The notes: generated from the sequence alone by a model not told the origin. DNA of 64,000 nt from Chrysomallon squamiferum (GCA_012295275.1 CM022668.1:8742001-8806000); one strand, 5' to 3'. Shown: positions 30,301 to 43,013, counted from the stretch's first letter. Program-made: numbers and translations.

Positions 30301-31420
30301 CAAACAGTTTAAGATACTGTAACAATTGTAATAATAATACTTGATTAGCAATGGTCACAATAAGTCATACCAGACTGAGTGCATGTAATGATTTATACCA
30401 GAAACAGGTTCGGTTTATCGAGGTGTTAACATTTTCTTCTTTTTTTTTTGTTTATTTGCAAAAGCTATTTTAAATTTGTCTAATACATAATGGCATATTA
30501 ATAGGATAGAACTAGTAAATTGACATCACAAATATATATATAAAAATATATGAATAAGAGCACCTTGCATGTTTTTGCTTAAGTTTTTTTTATATTTTAT
30601 TAAATCAGCTAATAAATTTGTTATGGAACATTCTCTACTGCAATGCAAGCAATAGCAAACACTGTACTTTTTTATTGGTCAAAGCTCTCATTTGTGAGAG
30701 AAAAAAAATGGAATCAGCACTGTTTATTTAATTGATTTTGGATACACACATTTTTGGAATTTTCTGCTGCGATATTTTCAAAAAAATTTTTACATTATTA
30801 TTCTCATCTCATTTATTTTTGTTTCAACATTATCCTACTACATTTCAATGCTGGCGTCTTTTATATACTTATTCTCACTTCAGTTATTGTTATTTTCAAA
30901 ATAAATATTTTTTGTTTTGTTTCTATAATACAATCATGCTACACTTTGATGTCACCATCTTTTTGTGTTGTAATTCTCACCTCAAATGTTGCTGCCAGGT
31001 TTGTTTTCTCCTGTTTCAGTTGATCTATCTTCACCTTGTACTGCAACATACCACAAACCATCTCTTCCATTCTGAAAAAAAATTAATAAAATATCCAGAT
31101 ATTAATCATGTTGTACCATCTCCAATCAGAAAAATGTATTTCTGAGTTTACAAACTGGTATCTGCCTTCTTCTGAAATGAAGAAACAGAAAGACATATTT
31201 TAATTAATGAGACGTTAAGTTTTTGAAGGTTGGCATCCATTAGGTTAAATTTGATACTGGTTCTAGAAATACAGTGACAAAGTACTGAAGTTATAAACAC
31301 ATAACATTTACAGATGTGTTTTAATATTCTGTTCATAGCACCCTAATGGGGCACAACTGTAAGGGTGAGAATCATGAACCTATAAAGATTAAAAAAAACA
31401 GTTACTGATATGAAATAAGC

Positions 31421-31472
<52 letters not shown>

Positions 31473-31515
31473 GTTATTATTTATTAACATTGTTGTTGTT
31501 TTGTTGTTGTTGTTG

Positions 31516-31546
<31 letters not shown>

Positions 31547-34500
31547 TATTAGGAAGGTATCTTATATATGAACCTTCTTGTATGCAGGAAAATATATATC
31601 ACAACTTCAAAAATAAAAATCATGTTAAACAATGACACAAAATCTATCTTGATTTTACAGACAATTCTGAAAATTTACATCATAAAGTAATGAATAAACA
31701 TATTTCTTTTTTATAGACACTGTCTATAGATAGATCAACAAGTAAATAAACAAATATACCAGAAGACAACTTAACAAAAAAATATTTTTAAAGAGAATTA
31801 TTTCACTTGCAGACTGTTATTTTATGAAAGCAATATTTAGATCATATTTTATACAATTGTAGACAAATCCCAAAACAGTTTATGAACAGCAAATGAAGCA
31901 CGCATTATTACAACATTATCTTCTTTTAACACATAATTCAGTCTTCTGTAACAGTAATTGTCCTATGATTCATTTTATACACCTCTGTTAGTTCTACATT
32001 TGAAAAGACAGTTATATAGCTGTTTAAAACTGACACATTATAAATCTTATTCTAATCTCTAGTTTCTTTGTGGTTCATTCATGTTTTCTTTAGGGACCTT
32101 GATATCCCTGACTTGACAGTACTTATTAGTACTCAAGATTTTTTTTTTTTTTTATATTTTTTAACAGACAGTGTATATATCAGTATTCAAGATTTATATT
32201 TTATTTCCACAAATTTTATCAGAACTCATGATTATTATATTTAACCATCCAATATTTATCAATATTCAGTATTGAAAATCTGTTATCCAAAATGCTTAGG
32301 ACTGCAAGTGTTTCAGATTTTGGAATATTTCAGAATTTAGTATATAAGATAGCACTAATAACAGAATCCAAGTCTAAATACAAATTCCATTTTATTTTAT
32401 ATACAACTTATACAAATAGTCCACAGGTATTTCAAAAAAATATTTTTTATAATTTTGAGTATAAAATAAAGTTTGTGCATGCAGAACATTGCAAATTCTG
32501 TAAGATATCATTATTTATACAGCTTGGAAAAGATTTAGGATTTTGGAGATTTTCAGTTAAGAGATCCTCTTCCTGTTTAAATTATTATTTTATTTTTTTA
32601 AAACACACTGAAAACCACTTAAAAAACACCTGTTTTCCCATTCAAACAAACAAAATCTTCAGAAATGATCTCATGGGAGAAATATTTTAGATTTAACATA
32701 TACTTACAACTCATTTACACTTAAAACACATCTTCCTTTTTTCTCATCTAGATTTCTTTCTGTAAAATCTATCACAAGCTCTTTCAGTTAATCAACTGTT
32801 TCTTTGAATTAGCATTAATGGACTCTACACATTAGTTCTGGGAATTTAATATCAAGTAATTATGACATGAAGACAATTTATCATCAGTTATTTTCAGCAA
32901 ATTTAAAATACATAATTTTTAGTTGCATATAAACATCTTTTCAATCTATTATTTATTCTTCATTTTTGGAATAAAAAAAATAACATACAAAAAAAACAAC
33001 TTAGAAACGGTTATACATTATCTTTCAACTGATTTTCTTTCTATTATTTTCCTTTATTGTACATTATACTCAACATTATGCAGAATTAATCTTAAATTTC
33101 AAAACTGAAAAATAATAATTTTAGTTGTAGCTGGCAAATAGTTATTTTAACATTTTTATACTCTGTATTGATATTCTTTATTAACTTTTATTATTATTAT
33201 TTATTGTTTTATTTACTTATTAATTACTTAATTCATTCATTCATTCATTCATTTATATTTCTAAGTCTGTTTGTTTACAAAACTGTAGTCCAAAGGAAAT
33301 TTCTAAGATACAAGATACCTAATAACAGCTTGTTATTTAACATATACTCACTAATGTACAGACACAAATTCACACCTTTTCAATCTTCTTCATCAGCTAA
33401 TGCATATTTGTTATTTATTTAGAAACGATTAATCATAACAGATTAGTGTTAATCTCTACAGCGTAACAGATAAGCAAGTAACCAGCCTCGCTATCATCTC
33501 CTCACATTGTTTCCATCTGATTCAAATGGCTGTTATGACTGACAGTTTATCCATGTTTTAGTAACTACTTAATTCAAAATAAACAAAACAAACAAGTAAA
33601 CAGGCCTTTTCTTCTTTTCTTTAAACACAGTAAATCAGTGTCTTACTCCATAACACAGATGTTCAAAATGGCTGCTTCACTGGTTCTTTTGATAGAATTT
33701 TAATCATTTTATGTGAAATTATTAATTCTGAAAATATATAATTTTTTAAATTTAACTTTGTAGGCACAACTGTTAATGTTGTCTTCTATTATAACTCCCA
33801 CAACCATCACAAGACTGAATAAAAACTGTTTAAAACAGATCATTAATCTGTAATTTAAACTGACTAAATAAATTAGAAATAACAAATATTTTTGTACACA
33901 CACCTGTTTTGTCCAGTGAGGTAAATTAATGCAAAATACCAGCTCCTGACATTAGCAATTTTTATAACATATTCATACCTGCCAATCCAGTGGTCTTTTT
34001 TTAACACAGTTTCTAATCAGTATAGTTTGGAAACAATATAGTAAATTTTCTGAACTATCAATCCATTCATTTCTCATGATGTCACCATAATTAGTATCCA
34101 AAGTGACTTCATCAAAAATTATGCAAACAATATATATATATATATGATTCTTCAACTGAAATTTAAATATTTCTCCACAGAATAAGGTACCTTTTCATGG
34201 TACAAAGTCACATCTAACTGCTGCACCTTATGTTGTCAAAAATTTACATCTTATATAGGTCCCAGGCTTTAAGTAAAGTCAAAACAACTGGTACAAATTT
34301 AACAAAGTTAAAATTTAAAGCAATGTACAAATTGTCTCCACAATAATGAGTACATGCCACCTTAAACCTCTCCATCTGGTTAAACTTCTCTTTGTGGTTC
34401 TTTTACATGTTTAATCAGGTCACTGGTCACCATCTGTCATATCTGTCTGCTTCTGACAAGATTTAGGAGTCGTCTGGCCTATGTATCATCTGTTACATAT

Positions 34501-35286
34501 ATATGTGTATAAATTATATATGTCCTGTTAGACCTGTCTGTGTTACATATGTAATACCAATAGTTAACTATCAACACCTGTCCTGAAGACTCAGATTAAT
34601 TTGTCTTTATTTTTTAAAATTATTATTCCATAGGCTTTTGTTTTTAACCTTTGTTTACTTTATGTACACTAGAATAAATATATATACATTTTTAATTATA
34701 TGTTATTAAAGTTAAAAGTAAATGTTGGTGTTTCAAACAGTTCTGGTTTTTTTTGGTTGTTGTTTTTATTGCTCTATATATACCATATTGAAATACCGTG
34801 CAATTCCCCAGGTTAAATTGTGTTTTTGTTTTTATTCTTTTTAAAAATAACTGGAGATTTTGTACATTACTATTAAAAATGTCCTCTTTTTAGGCATTTT
34901 GCAGCTCAAACCATAACATTTATTTCTCTGTGTATAGTGCTGAAAATTTTGCCAGTTTCAGAAAAAACAAATTAATTGAAAATAAAAGAAAAATATGATA
35001 CATACACAAGATGTTATATTTTAATTACTTAAATATATTAAAAATAATATATTATCTTTTTCTCCTGTGTTTATAGTGTAGTACCTTTCATTTAATTTCA
35101 TCACCAAAGTAAACAATTATCTGACAATGGTGTTGCTTATTTCATCTGTAACATTATTTATGTAAAATGTATCTCAAAAATACAAAAATGAAAATGGCAG
35201 CTTCCATTCCTTTTCAAATTTTTTCTTATTTTTCTCTAGTTTTACTTTATTATTGCCAATGATTGGTCACCACTATTAAACAAATA

Positions 35287-35317
<31 letters not shown>

Positions 35318-37002
35318 ATTAAAAAAAAAATAAAAAAAAATTCACAACAAGTACACTAATTTCTGTTTTATCAAACATTAATTCAAACCCCAGAATCCTT
35401 TTCACATTTTTTCTTTTTTAAACAAAATTAATATACATGAGAAAAAAAACACATTTCACGATTAATTATAAGATCTTTTGTCACTGAACAGCATTATCAA
35501 TAATGCATCTTTATGTCTTTGGTTGTCCAAACACACAATCTAATAACACTGAAATTAAGACCATAGGCTGCGTTTGATACAAATAGTATTTTATTGTTAA
35601 AAAAAAAATACATCAAAGAAAGATTTGTTGCTCTGTCTTCATTTCTGACTGATATTCAGAACAAGAAAAACAAAATTAAAAATAAAAATAAACAAAGTTG
35701 CCATCAGTAGTAACGTATAGGGACGTTAGGGACGTTATTGGATTGTCGATATTAATTACAAGAACGATTCGTTCAAACGAGGTCACACATTACATGTTTT
35801 TGTTACATGAAACATTTTCCAGCAGTTCTCATCAAACAATTATCTATTATCAAAAACAAAATGTTGTTTTATTTTTTCTCTTTAATCAATTTATGGAATT
35901 CTTTTTTTTTTTTTTTTTTTTTTTTTCTTTAATTTACTTTTCATTTTGTATTATATATTATTCATTTTATTATTATTTTATTTTGCTTTGAAAGTAATAT
36001 TTTAAATCTAAGGAAATATATATATATATATATATATTTTTCAGATTATGTAAAAGTTTCTTTTAATTTACTTAAACAACATTAAATGGAATGAAAGATG
36101 TTCTTGCATGATTGTTAATCTGATAATCAAAAAAACACATTACTGGAAAAAAAATTACTTTTATTTTCCACAGCTTTGTTCCTTTGCTGTTAATCATGTT
36201 TCTCATGTGACTCAGCAGCAAACTGAAAGCCAGATAAATGTTTTAAAACAATTTATTCTCTATTTTCTTTGTAATTCATGCTTTATTGCAGACTTCACAT
36301 TTCTAACAAGCATCGACATTTTGCTGGGCATTCCAAACTGCTGGACTTTGAAGAAGATGAGAGCCAAAAAAAAAAAAAAAAAAAAAATCTATTGCTCTGC
36401 ATTGATCTCCTTCCTCTGAGTTAAATGTCCTTGGTATGTTTGTTCTGTAACTGATATAGGTAAATCAAATCTTGCGCTTCACAAGAAAATAAGTCAATTT
36501 GAAACGACTTAATCAAGGAAATGAAAAACCAACAACATGCTGGATGAGGAAATTACAAGAAAAGTTGAAAGTCATTCGACAGAGATTCAAACTTATTAGA
36601 TTCTTGGAGAAAGTGGAACTGGCTTACAATCTAAAGGATTCTTCTGTTGTTTTTTGTTTTTATTCTTCTTTGGTGGCTGTATGAATCAAATTTAAGAAAT
36701 TCTCTGATGTAATGTTACATTTGTTAGCAGCATCTATGCTGTATGTTTAGCATTGTTAAATCTCAGTATATATAAACAATGGTTTATATTATTATTTCCT
36801 AGCAGATTTTCAGACACACACACAAACATACACCCAGACACACACACTTTTTTTCCTTACTTTCTGATGCTTTTTATTTATTTATTTAAAAAATAATAAT
36901 TTATTGAGCAGTTTTTTCATGTATCAATAGGTCTGTACTAATTGTTGCTTTAAAAATAGATGAATGAACTGTATCAGAAAATTAGTGTGTTTTTGTGTGT
37001 GC

Positions 37003-37095
<93 letters not shown>

Positions 37096-38886
37096 AACTG
37101 ACAGGAAAAGAACTTTATAACAATAACAGCTTTAGTAGTTCTAGTAAAACATAAGGATGAAAAAAAAGAGTGAAAGATAAAGAGCTACAGACAGACACAG
37201 GCACACCTACATTGGTATCTGCAGTCCTACACTCTACCATCAACAGACTGCTGTCAGATGACTGATGGAAGTCCATTGCTTGGCAGAGTGGCCAATTAGT
37301 CTAAGATACCTGACTCTGATTGAGTCAATTGAAGGAATCTGTATATAGAAACACACAAGAGCTGAGCTGATAAGCCCCTGGCAGGTATTTCGACAATGTC
37401 AGTGGTACTGAATGAATGAGATAGAATTTGTCCATCTCAAGTGCTGGAGGTTAAAGAAACATTTGATTCACTAATTTGAAGAATGGGCAATGGGAATCGA
37501 TGTGAGTATTAATAAGAATCAGAACCAGAAGACCAGGACTGTGAAATGAAATGTTAATGAAAACTGGTGATGTGAATGCAGAGAGATTCTGAATGGACAT
37601 GTGATAGGAAAACTGAAAAAGAAATTATGTGTGCTTCGTATTAATTGTGCTTCTGTTTTAATTGGTTCTCCCACCACACCCTTAAAAAGTTTCATAATTT
37701 ACATTCTTTCTAAACCAGAAATGTATATAGACCTTCTGATAGATGAAAAACATTTCATAATATTAAAAGAAAATCACATTCTATTCAGTTTGGCACGTAT
37801 TAAACAAGTCAGTTTCAGGGTTTTCAGATCAAGTGTCTAACTGAACTAATTGAAATCACTGTCTAGTGCAGCTTATTTTTGATAAATGTTTAATTCTGCT
37901 TATTCAGATTAATGACCGACTAAGCTGACTGCGACCAGCTTATTCAATCTAATTCAGTTTATTCAGATCCATATCCCTCCTGATTTGGATCAGTGGCTGT
38001 CTGAGCTGATTAGGATCATTGTGTAATTACATTTTCAAATTCGTGTGTTTAGTTCAGCTTATTCACACCAAAGTAAGAACTAGGATGATTCAGATCAGTA
38101 TCTAAGTGAGCTTATTTGGTTCGTGTCATATTCAGCCAATGTTCGAGTGTTGTATCCGAGACAAGTCAATCACTGAGCTTATCTCTCCGACCATTAGTAA
38201 ACCATCATTGCACTTCCTTCTTACTGGAACTCTCCCAAAAAAAAAAAATCAATTTAAGTCATTTTCATTCAGCAGCCATAAATTTCTCCATTTCCTCGCC
38301 AAATATTTCCATTTCTACAAAACGCATTTTAATCGGGAAATCTTTATCTTGTTTCATCCTTCTTATTTTATTACTTTTAATTTTTTTTTATTTTTCTAAA
38401 TGTTTTTTTTTGTTTTCAAAGCTAACATCAAAGCAGCTCATTCGTATCAAGGGTATTTGTCCTAAATGACGTTATTTAAAGACAGCAATTTAAATCTGTT
38501 ATCGATTGACCCCCACCAAAAAAAATGCAAAGGATGAAGATGTGGAAATTAGCTCAACTTAATTTTTCTTCGTGTCTTTCGTTATTTACAGGCAGACAAC
38601 AAGTGGATGTTTTTTTTCGGATCCTGTTATCTGATGGAGTGGAGACTTATTTGAAACTGGTTTTATCAACAGTAGCTGAGAGTTTTATATCCACTGATAG
38701 GCGTGTAATATTTACAGTTACTGGCTGTCAAGAGTGTGATTATTATTATTATTACAAATGGAGATTTAGGTTAAAAATAACATGACTTTATTTCTTTCTT
38801 TTTTTTTTTTTTTTGTTTCTGTCGGACTTATTGAATCCTTGAGTTCAGTGTGTTTATCATTTTTTTTTTTCTTCTTCTTATTTCTC

Positions 38887-38935
<49 letters not shown>

Positions 38936-39950
38936 AACAGATACACAGAGTGTTTTAAGGTTGTACTTGCATCAAGAGCATTTTTCTCATAACATTCAAG
39001 CTGATTATCCTGGACATATAATAATAAATAACAAACAAACATGGACACACATTTCAATGCTTGTGCTTGCATCCCAACCCCAACCCCCACCCATGTATGA
39101 ACACAGTTTAAATAATGTATCATGACTGGACTGTCTGAACTGTAGTGAATGGAGGAAAGTCAGTGTAAATAAATTATTGTCCTAGACACAGATCTTCAGC
39201 CACACTGTATCCAGAACCTGATGCTTGGCCATTATAGTTTATTTTTTAACAATGTGCTTAAACTCAATAGTATCTTCAGTTGCATACATGGACCACAGTA
39301 TCTCAAGGATGTTTTTGTTCATAATTTTATGTTTGGTATTTAAACAGAATTATGCTCATGCTATTCTGTTTTATCAATTTTCAGTTTCTTTGCTTTTATC
39401 ATTGTGTTCACTTTGAGCTGTGATCAGAATTTGGTATGTATGTTCCTGACCATGCTGGTAAGCATATCTTTAAATAAATGATTAAACACTGTTCTTTCAA
39501 CCATAAACAGGTCCAGGACATAATACAGTGAACAAGAATATCTCCTCATGTTAGCAATATGTTTTTTACTTCTTTTGTTGTCTATATAAAGTTGGTAATT
39601 CCCATATAACATATGATGTCACAGAGTCACAGATAAAAAATGTGTCAGGTAAATAAAACATGTCTTCCTTCCTTCCATATCTGATAGTGACAAGCCAGTT
39701 AGTTCTAAAATCACTGTCAGTGTTCAGCCAGTTTATCCCATAACCATTCTGCAGCCTAAACTGCCTGCTTATACCTCAATATAGTCAAATCAGATCCTGA
39801 ATATAGCACAAATTATATTTTAAGATGTCTGGAATAATCATTGCTTTAGTTACAGAAATTAAGAAAAAAACAACTACTATTATCTCTGTCTCTGTCTCTC
39901 CCTCTCTCTCTCTCTCTCTCTGTTTCTTTCTATGTGTGCCTGATTCTATC

Positions 39951-39981
<31 letters not shown>

Positions 39982-40009
39982 GTTTCTTTCTATGTGTGCC
40001 TGATTCTAT

Positions 40010-40077
<68 letters not shown>

Positions 40078-40555
40078 CCTCCCTCCCTCCCTCTTGCCCT
40101 CCCCCCTCTCTCTCTTTCTATCTATCTAAAGTACAGCTGTTGGAAAAAACAACAACAACCAAAGTATGCTTCAGTGCAGACTGCAGCAATACCAATAAAT
40201 CCAGATTTCCGCCATTTATCACTTTGTGTAGCTACATCATACATGTGCATCATCGGTTTGAAACACAAAAGCTATTTTTCACTGCAAGGACCAACACTCA
40301 GTCCTACAAGCTGTGTTTTAAGTGATGAATGGAGAGGAATCCATAACCAGCCACTGTACATCATCCATCAATCACTTACGATATGACTAATGAACAAATG
40401 GTGTTTCTGACTGCGCTGGACAGTTCGTCTGTTTGTTTTGCTGATGTGTGTGGTCAAGCGGTCAGTGTCCATCACAGTCAGTTTGTGGACCACACGTATT
40501 GTACTGGGCTTCTGTTGATTTACTTTTGTTATCATCATTATTGTTATTATTATTA

Positions 40556-40606
<51 letters not shown>

Positions 40607-40810
40607 GATGATTATGATGATTATGATTATTATTATTATTATTATTATTATTTTTTTTTTTTTGTTTTTTTATTTACTTTATCATCATTTATCTTTTTAT
40701 TTCATTATTGTTATTATTATTATTATTTTTTTTTTTTTTTTATCATTTTTTTGATTCACCTCATCACCACCTGAAATTTTTTTTTTTTTAATTTTAAAAA
40801 TGTCTTTATT

Positions 40811-40845
<35 letters not shown>

Positions 40846-42071
40846 TTTAAAACTTTTTCTTCTCAATTTCTTTAATAAAATCCTGATTGTCTTCAAGTTT
40901 CCCATTTTTGATACATTTTTTTGTATCGACAAAATCTTTTTTGTTTTTTATTTCACACTTACAATAACAACTGTTCAATATAGAAAAAAAATAAAAAATA
41001 AGAAATAATCAAATAAGAAAAGAAAAACTGAATAATAATTTGAATAAAAACAAAATAAATGAATGGAATCAAATCAACAAGCACGATACAATAAAATACA
41101 ACAGCATCAACATATAACTGTGAAACAGAAAACAGTTAATTCAAAAACAGCTTAAAGAAGTGTACCAATTTTAAATATTTGTGAAAGAAGTAGTAAGAAC
41201 AAAAACATATGTCAAACAACAACACAAATAATCAAAACAACCAAAGCAAACAGTAAAATGTAAAAAAAATAACAACAATCAAAATAGTAAAATAAATAAA
41301 CTGTATAAAGAAAGAAAACAACAACAAAAAAAAAAAAATATGATAAAATATTTTCACAAACAATATGCAATATATAATCTGTTTAAAACAAAAATTAATC
41401 TAAATTTAATCAAATTTCTAATTGCATATATTTTCTGATAATGCTTTTTTTCTTTTTTTTTTTCTTTTGTTTTTCTCATTCGTACTGCCTACATTTTTCA
41501 ATTCACTGATCAAATTTCTAAATATTAACATTACATTTTCCAAACAGCAACATCTCAAAGTTTGAATACTGATATTCTCCACCTATCTACATAAATATGA
41601 ATTATCAATTTTCATGACAACTAATAACTCATTTTACTGAATATTAATTTATTAATTACGTTTCTTAATAATCACCTATATTTATCAATACTAATTACCT
41701 CTTTTCCTAAACACTAATGATCTATGATAGGTTACACCTATTACCTAGTTTTGCAATATAAATGACCTACTTTTTTAAATATAAACGACCTACTTATCTA
41801 AATACATACAGACCTACTTTCTAATGACTGAGATGTATTTTTAAGCTATAAACGACCTGCTTTCTAAATATAGACGACCTACTTTCTAATGACTGAGCTC
41901 TATTTTTAGGCTGTAAATGACCTACTTTCTGAACTCATCCTGGAGAGCTTGGAGTCTCGACCTGCAGGAGTCGCTCTCTATTCTCATGTCATGGAGCTGA
42001 TGCTTGGCGTCGACGCGTAACATTCTTTCCCGATCCAACTCTTTCATGAGACCCTCGCGAGACTCACCTCG
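18620..42071 (-). CDS. NCKAP5: NCKAP5/NCKAP5L (Nck-associated protein 5 / CEP169) homologue, at least 12 coding exons, 2072 aa from 42071; 5' end uncertain
   Basis: complement(join(18620..19176,19943..20057,20864..21958,22532..22672,23187..26642,27175..27282,28060..28191,28721..28834,29667..29840,30205..30294,30981..31071,41926..42071)) = 6219 nt, all GT-AG and phase-consistent. [77 protein letters not shown] closely matches the recalled human NCKAP5 coiled coil ([57 protein letters not shown]...). Confidence 0.92.
19412..19772. repeat. ~22-bp intronic minisatellite
   Basis: Unit gaataaca(c/g)tgagaagtattat with shorter deletion variants, roughly 17 copies. Confidence 0.95.
19943..20057 (-). 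CDS. NCKAP5-like exon
   Basis: ttcag|AAA ... A|GTGAGT, 115 nt, [38 protein letters not shown]. Confidence 0.88.
20070..20410. repeat. (TAG/TAA)n imperfect trinucleotide tract
   Basis: Read directly; lies just upstream of the 20057 acceptor on the - strand. Confidence 0.95.
20864..21958 (-). CDS. NCKAP5-like exon, 1095 nt
   Basis: ttttag|ACA ... CTC|GTGAGT; contains ORF 20855..21934; phase 0/0. Confidence 0.9.
22532..22672 (-). CDS. NCKAP5-like exon
   Basis: tttcag|ACG ... AAA|GTAATT, 141 nt, [47 protein letters not shown]. Confidence 0.82.
23187..26642 (-). CDS. NCKAP5-like giant exon, 3456 nt (1152 codons), Ser/Pro-rich and likely disordered
   Basis: Poly-T cag|ATG at 26642 and CAG|GTAATA at 23187/23186; equals ORF 23142..26642 minus 14 intronic codons. 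Confidence 0.93.
27175..27282 (-). CDS. NCKAP5-like exon
   Basis: ttcacag|CAA ... TAT|GTAAGT, 108 nt, [36 protein letters not shown]. Confidence 0.82.
27820..27992. repeat. compound pentamer (TTATA)n(TTAGA)n(TCGTA)n(TAGTA)n
   Basis: About 20 TTAGA units flanked by in-register variants. Confidence 0.95.
28060..28191 (-). CDS. NCKAP5-like exon (Pro/Thr-rich, possibly a cassette exon)
   Basis: tttcag|TCT ... GAG|GTATGT, 132 nt, [44 protein letters not shown]; phase 0/0. Confidence 0.8.
28721..28834 (-). CDS. NCKAP5-like exon (conserved coiled coil)
   Basis: ttgcag|ACA ... CAG|GTACAG, 114 nt, [38 protein letters not shown]. Confidence 0.92.
29254..29650. repeat. ~95-103 bp tandem repeat, 4 copies
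   Basis: cactgaactagtaatattcctaaa...tccattttttt...atattaataattcac recurs at ~29256, 29351, 29453 and 29557, ending ~15 nt from the donor at 29666. Confidence 0.93.
29667..29840 (-). CDS. NCKAP5-like exon (family signature coiled coil)
   Basis: ttacag|ATG ... AAG|GTATGG, 174 nt, [58 protein letters not shown]. Confidence 0.95.
30205..30294 (-). CDS. NCKAP5-like exon
   Basis: tctcag|GTA ... CAG|GTACAT, 90 nt, [30 protein letters not shown]. Confidence 0.87.
30981..31071 (-). CDS. NCKAP5-like exon (absent from the ORF track)
   Basis: ttttcag|A ... GAG|GTGAGA, 91 nt, (K)[30 protein letters not shown]; compare recalled human RMEETVRNLLQ. Confidence 0.9.
32267..32575. mobile_element. non-autonomous pogo/Tigger element resembling Tigger4 (Zombi)/MER46
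   Basis: Decayed TIRs CAGtaTTGAaaATCtgTTATCC...GAGATCCTCttCCTG. Internal blocks tatccaaaatgcttaggac..aagtgtttcagattttggaatattt, ccaagtctaaatacaaatt, tatacaacttatacaaatag and ataattttgagtataaaataaagtttgtg are colinear with the Tigger4 consensus as recalled. The TA TSDs are not intact. Confidence 0.75.
39901..40014. repeat. 60-bp two-copy tandem duplication within a (CT)n tract
   Basis: tgtttctttctatgtgtgcctgattctatctttt is identical at 39921 and 39981. Confidence 0.95.
41761..41930 (-). repeat. array of six copies of the exon's own splice-donor sequence
   Basis: + strand GACCTAC at 41764, 41787, 41811, 41854 (GACCTGC), 41876 and 41919, i.e. A|GTAGGTC on the - strand. Confidence 0.85.
41926..42071 (-). 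CDS. NCKAP5-like exon (N-terminal coiled coil)
   Basis: tttcag|CGA ... AA|GTAGGT, 146 nt, [48 protein letters not shown](K); compare recalled human HEKLIHELEEERHLRLQSEKRLQEVTLESERNRIQMRSLQQQFSR. Phase 2 fits the 31071 acceptor across a 10854-nt intron. Confidence 0.9.
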
Positions 42072-42079
42072 CTGAAAGA

Positions 42080-42425
42080 ATAACAATAACAATAACAATG
42101 ATAATAATAACAATAATAATAATGATAATGATGATAATAATGATGATGATGATGATGATGATAGTGATAATAATAATGATGATAATAATAATAATGATAA
42201 TAATGATGATGATGGTAATAATAAGAATAACATTAATGATAATAATAACAATGATAATAATAATGATGATGATAATAATAATGATAATAATAATAATGAT
42301 GATGATGATAATAATGATAATGATGATGATGATAATGATGATGATGATGATGATAATAATAATGATAATAATAATGATAATAATAATAATAATAACAATA
42401 ATAATAATAATAATGATGATAATCA
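42080..42425. repeat. (TAA/TGA)n imperfect trinucleotide tract
   Basis: Read directly. Confidence 0.95.
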
Positions 42426-42486
42426 TAAATTGATATCTCTTCATCAGGTCATCCACAGAATCAGTAAATGAAAATCTGAAGCTGAC

Positions 42487-42543
42487 ATCCAGTTCTGCTT
42501 GAATGTGTTTCAGAATGTGAGAGATGTGCACACATGTGGACAT
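42487..42543 (-). CDS. candidate start-codon exon of the NCKAP5-like gene
   Basis: A-rich leader ...aaaaataATG, MSTCVHISHILKHIQAELD, donor GAT|GTCAGC (weak). Phase 0 matches the 42071 acceptor; faint likeness to recalled human YIEHLLTQLEEQ. Confidence 0.4.
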
Positions 42544-42867
42544 TATTTTTATTTTTATTTTTATTTTTAAAAGAGGGGGTTTGTGCAACTGGCTAAACCC
42601 TATACCATGCCCTGATATGATGATAATGATGATGGTGATGTGATGATGATGATGATGATCTTCAACAGTAATAAGAACAATACTGGTTGTAGGTTTCATC
42701 ATAAATAAAATAAATTCAGAATGTAGTCATTTAAATAATTAAAATTTTCAAAAGCAAAAAAAAACACAAGTATAAGTCAGTGGAAAAAAGCTCACAAAAT
42801 TAACGAAATACTGATCAGATGATAATGGAACAAATCTTTTCTTTCATTTCTAATAATAAAATAACAA

Positions 42868-42898
<31 letters not shown>

Positions 42899-42960
42899 GT
42901 ATTAAACAGATTTTAAATTCTAATGAATTGCATATAACTTTATTTTATCATGTTTTTAAG

Positions 42961-43013
<53 letters not shown>

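Noticed and set aside
40379-40515. - strand segment ending in ATC|GTAAGT as an NCKAP5-like cassette exon
   Set aside because: No pyrimidine-rich acceptor. The open frame ends in phase 0, whereas phase 2 is required, and the phase-2 frame has a stop.
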